Shown here: positions 57,223 through 64,000 of the stretch, piece by piece
Layout of the letters: each line of letters opens with the position of its first letter
Numbering within the stretch: position 1 is the first letter of the stretch
Origin: Patescibacteria group bacterium
Lineage (GTDB): Bacteria > Patescibacteriota > Minisyncoccia > Phycocordibacterales > PALSA-1337
Assembly: GCA_028865615.1 (NCBI GenBank)
Contig: JAGWJT010000001.1
Location: forward strand, 1,601 to 65,600
DNA: 64,000 nt
Direction: 5' to 3'
Translations under genes and position numbers: made by a program
The notes under the pieces: model-generated
Databases searched by the model: none
Told to the model about the DNA's origin: nothing
The model's input: the letters and a program-made list of their open reading frames with translations, nothing else

Positions 57223-58995
57223 ATGAATCAACCAAATTCACTCGAACACAAACGCCACACCCTCGCCCATTTGCTCGCGGCGGCAGTGCTAGAAATCCAT
57301 CCCGACGCCAAACCGACCATAGGACCGGCCATAGACAACGGCTTCTATTATGACTTCGATTTCGGCGCCGAGAAATTGACGGACAAAGACTTGAAAGATC
57401 TGGAGAAGAGGATGCGTAAGCTGCTTCCCTCTTGGAAAGAGATGACTGGAAAAGAAGTTTCGAAAGATGATGCTATTCTACAATTCTCTACACCTAACGG
57501 AACTAACGAGTATAAAGCCGAGCTTATAAACGAAATCGTGACTAAAGGTGAAAAGATTACGCTTTACACATCCGGTAAATTCACCGATCTGTGTAGAGGT
57601 GGGCACTCCGAGAATCCTGCCAAGGATATAGCTCCCGATTCATTCAAGCTTTCACGGCTAGCGGGAGCGTATTGGCGCGGCGATGAGAAAAACAAGCAGC
57701 TCACCCGCATATACGGCCTGGCTTTTGATACAAAGAAGGAGCTCGATGAATACGAAACCATGATGAAGGAAGCCGAGAAGCGCGACCACAGGAAGCTCGG
57801 CAAGGAGATGGACATATTCGAATTCGACGACGATGTCGGCCCCGGCCTGCCTCTGTGGCTCCCGAACGGCGCTATCATAGCCGATGAGCTCGAAAAGCTG
57901 GCCAAGGAAACCGAATTCATAAGCGGTTACGACCGCGTCCGCACTCCGCATATAGCAAAGGACTCTATGTACTTGAAAAGCGGCCACCTGCCATACTACG
58001 AAGACTCGATGTTCCCTCCCATGGAATATGAAGGCGGCAAATACTACTTGAAGGCCATGAATTGCCCGCACCATCACAAAATATTCTCCGCCAGACCAAA
58101 GAGCTACCGCGACTTGCCGTTGCGCCTAGCCGAATATGGCACTTGCTATAGGCACGAGAAGTCCGGCGAGCTATTCGGTCTGATGCGCGTACGCATGCTC
58201 GAGATGAACGACGCCCATATATACTGCACGGAGGAGCAATTTGCCGATGAATTCAGGGCCGTGAACGACATGTATCTCAAATATTTCAAGATATTCGGCA
58301 TAGACAAGTACGTCATGCGCTTCTCTACACATGACCCCAAGAAGCTCGGCCAGAAGTATGTCGATGAGCCAGAGCTATGGAAGAAGACGGAGGACATGGT
58401 ACGCAAAGTTCTGGTCGATTCAAAAATCCCCTTCGTCGAGGTGCCGAACGAAGCGGCATTCTACGGCCCAAAGATAGACGTACAGGTATGGTCAGCCATA
58501 GGCCGTGAATTCACTCTGGCCACCAACCAAGTTGACTTCGCCGTACCCAAGAGGTTCAACCTCGTATACGCCGATAAAGACGGCAAGGAAAAGACTCCGC
58601 TTTGCATTCATCGCGCACCGCTAGGGACGCATGAGCGCTTCATAGGATTCTTGATCGAACACTATGGCGGCAACTTCCCCCTGTGGTTGGCGCCTATCCA
58701 GGTCAAAGTCATACCTGTCACGGACGCAGAGGCGCACGTGCGCAAGGCGCAAGAGACACACAAATCCCTGCGCGCCAAAATGATCCGTTCCGAGCTGGCC
58801 GACCCCTCTACCGGTTTCGGCAAGAATATCCGCGCCGCCAAGACCGCCCGCATCCCCTACTTCATCGTCATCGGCGACAAAGACATGGCCGCCGGCAAAG
58901 TCACACTAGAGAGCAGAGACAATGGGCAGGTGGGGCAAATGACGACGGACGAGGTGACGGCAAAATTACTCGGAGAGATGAGCGCCCGGATCTAG
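57223..58995 (+). CDS. thrS: Threonine--tRNA ligase (no TGS domain)
   Basis: RHTLAHLLA, DLCRGGH, GAYWRG, RDHRKLG, MNCPHH, AFYGPKID, HRA..G..ERF. Confidence 0.97.
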   Translation: MNQPNSLEHKRHTLAHLLAAAVLEIHPDAKPTIGPAIDNGFYYDFDFGAEKLTDKDLKDLEKRMRKLLPSWKEMTGKEVSKDDAILQFSTPNGTNEYKAELINEIVTKGEKITLYTSGKFTDLCRGGHSENPAKDIAPDSFKLSRLAGAYWRGDEKNKQLTRIYGLAFDTKKELDEYETMMKEAEKRDHRKLGKEMDIFEFDDDVGPGLPLWLPNGAIIADELEKLAKETEFISGYDRVRTPHIAKDSMYLKSGHLPYYEDSMFPPMEYEGGKYYLKAMNCPHHHKIFSARPKSYRDLPLRLAEYGTCYRHEKSGELFGLMRVRMLEMNDAHIYCTEEQFADEFRAVNDMYLKYFKIFGIDKYVMRFSTHDPKKLGQKYVDEPELWKKTEDMVRKVLVDSKIPFVEVPNEAAFYGPKIDVQVWSAIGREFTLATNQVDFAVPKRFNLVYADKDGKEKTPLCIHRAPLGTHERFIGFLIEHYGGNFPLWLAPIQVKVIPVTDAEAHVRKAQETHKSLRAKMIRSELADPSTGFGKNIRAAKTARIPYFIVIGDKDMAAGKVTLESRDNGQVGQMTTDEVTAKLLGEMSARI

Positions 58996-59048
58996 GTATA
59001 TTCTACTTTTCATTTCACTTCCACGTACAGGAGTAAATATACAGTGGA

Positions 59049-59498
59049 TCACACAACTCCTGTCCACCCCAAATCCTTCGCTCTCTTAAATTCCGCAGCA
59101 ATTATTCTGGCTGATTCTTTGAAACCGTTGCCTGCATCCTCTTCGGTCACAATAACTCTGGCTTTGTATGAATCCTTATGCTCGTTCGCGGTCACATCTA
59201 CAGTTATAACAATACCGTTGAATTCAAAGAAGCCGTCCACTCCATGGAATCGATCAAGGGCGCTACCTACAGCCGTATACATTTCTAATTGATCGGGTTC
59301 GATGCCCATAGCTTCGGCAACTGCATCGTGGAATGAGCCCGCTTCTCCAGTTGGATGATGCGGATCATAAGGCTGATTTTCCTTGACTTCTTCTATAGAC
59401 TGATTGAACTTCAAATATCCACGGGCTTTGATCCTGCATTCGCCCAATACTTCAGTCTCCAATATCTTCCCAGTGTATCCTGACGGTGCTTCGTACAT
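59049..59498 (-). CDS. Hypothetical protein, paralog A (PD-(D/E)XK-like)
   Basis: YTAVGSALDRFHGVDGFF..ITVDVT.N.HKD. Confidence 0.7.
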   Translation of the reverse strand: MYEAPSGYTGKILETEVLGECRIKARGYLKFNQSIEEVKENQPYDPHHPTGEAGSFHDAVAEAMGIEPDQLEMYTAVGSALDRFHGVDGFFEFNGIVITVDVTANEHKDSYKARVIVTEEDAGNGFKESARIIAAEFKRAKDLGWTGVV

Positions 59499-59539
59499 AT
59501 CACAAGTATATCATTACCGACACATATCAGACAAAAGTT

Positions 59540-59570
59540 AAGGCGCCGGGGACAAAATCCCTGGCGCCTT
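59540..59570. terminator. Intrinsic terminator-like hairpin
   Basis: aaggcgccgggga..tccctggcgcctt. Confidence 0.6.
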
Positions 59571-59573
59571 GTT

Positions 59574-59807
59574 TCAATCATCTTCCGACAAACTTTCGAT
59601 CTCAAGCGATACGTCGCCGTCAAATTCAAGCCCCGGCTTGCATAGCAAGCAAAAGTCGCTCTTGAACTTGACGACAGCATTCACCACTAAACCATTTTGG
59701 ATCCGCTCTTCGAGCTTTCTCTTCAGATCCGGCGTGATTACAGCATAGAATGTCGCTTCGTTGACCGGATGCCTGCCACATCTACTGCATTGGAACAGGA
59801 AGTTCAA
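59574..59807 (-). CDS. Small protein with two CxxC motifs
   Basis: CSRC..CLLC; abuts the stop of paralog B. Confidence 0.55.
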   Translation of the reverse strand: MNFLFQCSRCGRHPVNEATFYAVITPDLKRKLEERIQNGLVVNAVVKFKSDFCLLCKPGLEFDGDVSLEIESLSEDD

Positions 59808-60323
59808 TCAGATCACCCCTTTCCAACCGTGGATGCGCGCATGATCGAACCAGCCGGCGATCTCGTGGGCCGCTTGCCCATACTCGCCAAATTGGCTGAA
59901 TGCGTCTTCGGCAGTCACGATCACTCGCGCCCGAGAAACGTCCTTGTGCGGATTCATTGTGGCGTCAACCGTCACAATAGCCCCTTCGAAATAGAAGAAG
60001 CCGTCAATGCCGTGGAAGCGGTCCAGAGCGCTACCGATCGCGGTGTAGAGTTTGAGGCGCGAGGAGTTGAATCCTCGCACTTTCATACTGTCAGCCACCA
60101 CGCCGTGAAAATGCCCTGCTTCGCCCATCGGCTCATACGGACTACCTGGCTGATTGCGGAAGACCGCGCCCAAGGCTGAGCGGAATGATACGTAGCCCCG
60201 AGCGCGGATCCGGCATTCGCCAAGCACTTCGCGTTCGAAGATACGGCCAGTATAGCCGCGCAGTTCCGGATTACGATCACCGCGCCACATTGCGACGATA
60301 TCAAATGCATTCATATTTTTCAT
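59808..60323 (-). CDS. Hypothetical protein, paralog B (PD-(D/E)XK-like)
   Basis: YTAIGSALDRFHGIDGFF..VTVDAT.N.HKD; GGAGG SD before ATG 60323. Confidence 0.7.
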   Translation of the reverse strand: MKNMNAFDIVAMWRGDRNPELRGYTGRIFEREVLGECRIRARGYVSFRSALGAVFRNQPGSPYEPMGEAGHFHGVVADSMKVRGFNSSRLKLYTAIGSALDRFHGIDGFFYFEGAIVTVDATMNPHKDVSRARVIVTAEDAFSQFGEYGQAAHEIAGWFDHARIHGWKGVI

Positions 60324-60509
60324 AACTGTATTTCCTCCGTAGTTGTAGTTGTTGATGTTTGCCGTCAATTATTCCATTGGAAAGAACGCACTCGCGAACT
60401 CTCTAATGTCAATTATACATGAATAATCATACGTTTGTCAAGCCCACACAAAAAGCCCTGCATTTCAGAGCTTTTTGGTTATTATATTTGGAGCGCACCC
60501 GCGAAACTG

Positions 60510-61820
60510 TTATATCTTCGGCCTGTTGAACAATAGATAGACTACCGTGCTGAACAGGATGATGATAACCAGGACCGCTATCCAACCCCAAGGCACGCCT
60601 TCGAGGGAGAAGAAGGCCGCGCCGGTCTGGCTGGTATTCTGGGCGGCCGGCTGGGTAGGCTGAGTCGTGACCCTGACCGGAGCAGCCGTGGTCCTGCCGG
60701 ACGATACCGTCAAGCTGTTGGAACAAGCCTGAGTGCCGGATAGGCCGTCGGCCGAGGTGACCGTGACGATGGCGCTCTTGTTGCCAGAGGTAGAATAGTA
60801 CTTGATGGCTGACTTGTTCGTGCCGGTCAAACCGTCGGTGCCGGTCCATGAATACTTGTACGGAGCCTGGCCGCCGGTGACCTCGACATTCCAGGTGACA
60901 GGCTGATTGACGGTCGAGTTGGAAGGATCAGAGTAACAACCGATCTGCAAGCCGGAATTGTTATTGTTCGAACCGGAAGAGACGACATATGAACCGCCGA
61001 CGTTGACCGTGTTGGAACAGCTCTGGGTAACTGTCTGGCCGTTCGAGTAGATCGTTACGGAAGCTATCTTGGAACCTGGCGTGGTATAAGTGTAGGATAC
61101 GCTCTGGCTATTGCTGTTGCCGTAAGCGCCCAAACCGTCCGAACCTGACCAGCTATAGGTGTAGTAGCCGCTGCCGCCGGTAACATTGGCACTCCATGTG
61201 ACCGTAGTGCCTACAGGGGAAGATGCGGTATTGGGCGCGCAAGACACGGACAAAGCGGGACTGTAGTTGTAATACGTCGGATAATTGTAATAGTACTGCT
61301 GGGCATAAACGTTGACGCCGCTGTTGCAGGAAACATTTGTGGTCTGACTACCGGAAGTGATCATGACTGAGGCGGTCTTGTAACCGGCATTGTAATAAGT
61401 CATATAAGCCGAAGAACCGTAGCCATACAGACCGTCCGTGCCTGACCAAGCATAGGAATATGAACCTGACCCGCCGGAGACGTTGACGACCCACTGGACG
61501 GAAGATCCCGTCTGGACAGAAGAACTGGTCGGATAACAGGAAGCCGTAAGTGCCGGGTAGTTGTATACCGGATAATTGTAGACGATAGGCTGTGTGTAAA
61601 CAGGCTGATAGACAGGCTGATTGACCACTATGGGCTGAGGATTGTATGTCGTCGGAGAATAGTAGTATCCGTGAGTCGGGACATAGCTATGATCATAATC
61701 ATAGCTGCCGTAATAACCGGCATGTGCATAGGCCGGAAATGCTCCCGCCGCCACAGCCATAACCATCACCATGAAGGCGACGCCGAGAAACACGTTGACT
61801 TTGCCGTTGATATTTTTCAT
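60510..61820 (-). CDS. Surface protein with Tyr-rich region, three PKD-like repeats and C-terminal TM anchor
   Basis: 3x C.......V.W...V.GG...Y.Y.W.G.DGL; signal peptide. Confidence 0.8.
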   Translation of the reverse strand: MKNINGKVNVFLGVAFMVMVMAVAAGAFPAYAHAGYYGSYDYDHSYVPTHGYYYSPTTYNPQPIVVNQPVYQPVYTQPIVYNYPVYNYPALTASCYPTSSSVQTGSSVQWVVNVSGGSGSYSYAWSGTDGLYGYGSSAYMTYYNAGYKTASVMITSGSQTTNVSCNSGVNVYAQQYYYNYPTYYNYSPALSVSCAPNTASSPVGTTVTWSANVTGGSGYYTYSWSGSDGLGAYGNSNSQSVSYTYTTPGSKIASVTIYSNGQTVTQSCSNTVNVGGSYVVSSGSNNNNSGLQIGCYSDPSNSTVNQPVTWNVEVTGGQAPYKYSWTGTDGLTGTNKSAIKYYSTSGNKSAIVTVTSADGLSGTQACSNSLTVSSGRTTAAPVRVTTQPTQPAAQNTSQTGAAFFSLEGVPWGWIAVLVIIILFSTVVYLLFNRPKI

Positions 61821-61972
61821 GTTGGTGGCAATCCCGATCTATCGATGCTTTTGCCATATAAATGGCTCAACATAGCGATATTACGGAATCATTGCCGATT
61901 AAAATTCTAACAACTAGTATTGTATCGCAAAACGATACAAAAGTCAAGGGGCTGAACTCTATACTTTGGCTG

Positions 61973-62045
61973 TGCCGAGGACCAGGATCGAACTGGTGAC
62001 CCTTCCCTCTTCAGGGGAATGCTCTACCAACTGAGCTACCTCGGC
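61973..62045 (-). tRNA. tRNA-Phe(GAA)
   Basis: Reverse complement gccgagg..ttccc-ctGAAga-gggaa..GTTCGATCC. Confidence 0.94.
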
Positions 62046-62068
62046 GAGAGGATTTTAAAGTATCGGCT

Positions 62069-62368
62069 CTATTGCTGCTGTAAAAGCTGCTTCAGAGACT
62101 GGGCGGCGTTCTGGACTTGCTGCATGTCCGGCAAGGAACCGTTCTGTGACTGACTGCTTCCACCGCCGCTTCCCAAGCTCGTCAGGAAGTCGAAATACGG
62201 CTGGATCAGATAATAGGCGCCGAACGACAGTACGATGATGACGATCCAATATACGACACGCATGATGATGGCCGTTCTGTTCGAGCGTCGCAGGCCTCGG
62301 AGGATCTTGTTGTTCTCCTCTACGCTGGCCGCGGTGCGTTCCAACAGGGCTCTTTCTTCTGGGGTCAT
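62069..62368 (-). CDS. Hypothetical membrane protein
   Basis: MTPEE..LL......EENNKIL...RR + TM + QPY. Confidence 0.75.
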   Translation of the reverse strand: MTPEERALLERTAASVEENNKILRGLRRSNRTAIIMRVVYWIVIIVLSFGAYYLIQPYFDFLTSLGSGGGSSQSQNGSLPDMQQVQNAAQSLKQLLQQQ

Positions 62369-62434
62369 CGCCTGAATCCTAGCAGAAAACCCGAAATGCC
62401 GCAAAGGCACTTGCGGCATGTTAAAATAGATCAT

Positions 62435-62819
62435 ATGCACGGTATACCGCTCACAAAACAGGAGATTTTGGCTATAACTAGTCTGAGAAAGACCGGACAC
62501 AGCTTGCCAGAGATCATGAAGATTACAAAAAGAGGTAGTTCAGAGGTTGCGTGTCGGGATAAGGATACATGACGATATAGATAAGGACGATGCCATGGCG
62601 TTCTGGTCGTCATTGCTGGACATGGACCGTTCTCGTATAAAGAGCGTGGAGATCATCCACGGCAATAAGACCGGCAAGCTGCGATACGGCATGTGCCGCC
62701 TGCGAGTTGCAAAAAGCGCCAAGTGCTTTAAACTGCTCATGAGCCTCATAGAAGAGGTCAAGAGACGTTTCGACGCTGCCGTAGTTCAACGGATAGAACG
62801 AGGGACTCCTAAGCCCTAG
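62435..62819 (+). pseudogene. Internally deleted/frameshifted HTH + LAGLIDADG-like tRNA-adjacent gene
   Basis: 62435-62572 encodes LRKTGHSLPEI (HTH-like); a second frame encodes RIH..FWS..GKLRYGMCRLRV and reads into the tRNA. Confidence 0.5.
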
Positions 62820-62849
62820 ATGGAGGTTCAATTCCTCCCGGTGGCACCA
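62775..62849 (+). tRNA. tRNA-Arg(CCT)
   Basis: gctgccg acceptor, ctCCTaa loop, GGTTCAATTCC, encoded CCA. Confidence 0.88.
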
Positions 62850-62865
62850 TAAAATCAAGTTGTAG

Positions 62866-63279
62866 TTATTTCAAAAGATAATCTACAACAGCATCACAAT
62901 ATCCACCGAAGTTGTCTTTGTCTGGCACGAAAAAGCCATATCCGTATTCTTTCGAAAGCTTCTCGATTTCTCCGTTCCTAACAATCGCGTTATTGAACCA
63001 TTGCCTTACAGAAGAGTCGTCTCCTCTTTCTTCTTCCATAATTTTTTTATATACCCAATCACCGTTTTCTTTCGAATGCTTGAGTATGTCATCCAGGTAG
63101 GATTGGTCCTTAAAACCGACAAAGGCAGCCCTTATCTCCAAGGTATTAAGAGTTAACTCTTTGACTCTCTCTGGCGTAACAGTCATGCCTTCATCAGTTC
63201 CTTGAAGATAGTGGTTTTGCCAGAACGGGGCGATCCACCTATAAAATATATCTTCTCCATACGGGTTATTATACATCAT
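62866..63279 (-). CDS. Hypothetical protein, possibly N-terminally truncated
   Basis: AT-richer ORF overlapping the prfA stop. Confidence 0.45.
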   Translation of the reverse strand: MMYNNPYGEDIFYRWIAPFWQNHYLQGTDEGMTVTPERVKELTLNTLEIRAAFVGFKDQSYLDDILKHSKENGDWVYKKIMEEERGDDSSVRQWFNNAIVRNGEIEKLSKEYGYGFFVPDKDNFGGYCDAVVDYLLK

Positions 63280-64000
63280 CGCCACTACCACCATTCCCTG
63301 TCCTTTGGAACTCATGGAGAGCGTCGATGATCGGCGCTATCTTCCCCGCCATGATGGCCGGTAGGTTGTGCCAGGACTCCTTGATGCGGTGGTCTGTGAC
63401 GCGGTCTTGAGGGAAATTGTATGTACGGATCTTCTCGGAGCGGTCGCCGGTGCCTATCTGGCCCTTGCGCTCGGCGGCGAACTTCTTCATGTCCTCTTCG
63501 GCTTTGATGACCTCGAGCTTGGCTTGGAGGATGACCATGGCCCGCTCCTTGTTCGCATTCTGGCTGCGCTCGGCGGTAGAACGGATCATGATGCCGGAAG
63601 GCTTGTGGAACAGGCGTACAGCCGTCTCTACTTTGTTGACGTTCTGGCCGCCTTTGCCGCCGGAACGGGAGAATTCTATCTCTATGTCGGCTGGATTGAT
63701 GACTATCTTGGACTTCTTGCGGATGGGCATGATAGCGACCGACGCTGTAGAAGTGTGAATGCGCCCAGATTTTTCAGTCTCCGGCACTCTCTGGACACGA
63801 TGCACTCCGGTCTCCCAGCGCAGATCATCATAAGCCCCCTTTCCCTTCACTTCCATAGACGCTTCCTTGTAACCGCCGAGGTCGTTCTTGGATTCGTCGA
63901 CTATCTTGGTGGACCAGCCTTTTGAAGCGGCATAGGCTCTGTACATGCCTAGAAGCTCGGCCGCGAACAGAGCCGCCTCGTCGCCTCCGGCGCCGGCACG
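63269..64000 (-). CDS. prfA: Peptide chain release factor 1 (partial, continues beyond window)
   Basis: [12 protein letters not shown] (PxT motif), [16 protein letters not shown]. Confidence 0.95.
   Translation of the reverse strand, partial: RAGAGGDEAALFAAELLGMYRAYAASKGWSTKIVDESKNDLGGYKEASMEVKGKGAYDDLRWETGVHRVQRVPETEKSGRIHTSTASVAIMPIRKKSKIVINPADIEIEFSRSGGKGGQNVNKVETAVRLFHKPSGIMIRSTAERSQNANKERAMVILQAKLEVIKAEEDMKKFAAERKGQIGTGDRSEKIRTYNFPQDRVTDHRIKESWHNLPAIMAGKIAPIIDALHEFQRTGNGGSGDDV

Noticed and set aside
1-64000. Alternative genetic code (TGA=Gly) or prophage/IS element
   Set aside because: Conserved genes end correctly at TGA, and no transposase, integrase or phage structural gene was recognised.

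Overview
A 64-kb chromosomal segment from a bacterium with Patescibacteria/CPR (Parcubacteria-like) hallmarks. It has a compact housekeeping gene set (murG, gltX, rpmA, rplI, cysS, dnaB, recR, rplU, valS, tsaD, mreB x2, mreC, proS, rseP, frr, murA, priA, def, fmt, rnhB, dnaE, thrS, prfA), shortened synthetases, GWAWS-repeat and PKD-like surface proteins, four tRNAs and genetic code 11. The taxonomy is inferred from gene content only. No CRISPR array, rRNA or intact transposase was seen. Five things stand out. (1) Three unrelated orphan nuclease/toxin-like genes (RelE/PBECR-like, MazF-like, DUF3800) each face a small structured RNA candidate with its own promoter (all 16-bp spacer) and terminator, transcribed antisense across the gene's 3' end. 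(2) A family of covarying branched-hairpin elements occurs 5 times between genes and also as 165-168-bp in-frame insertions in tsaD and dnaE. (3) Three secreted proteins share a C-terminal Y-x-(I/L)-(Q/E)-x-S-x-N-L...W...F-(Y/F)-(R/K)-A domain that resembles the Verrucomicrobiota type. (4) 11-bp-phased repeat arrays lie upstream of three accessory genes. (5) Many genes have a -10 box about 6 nt before the ATG, suggesting pervasive leaderless transcription. All calls were made by eye; no searches were run.
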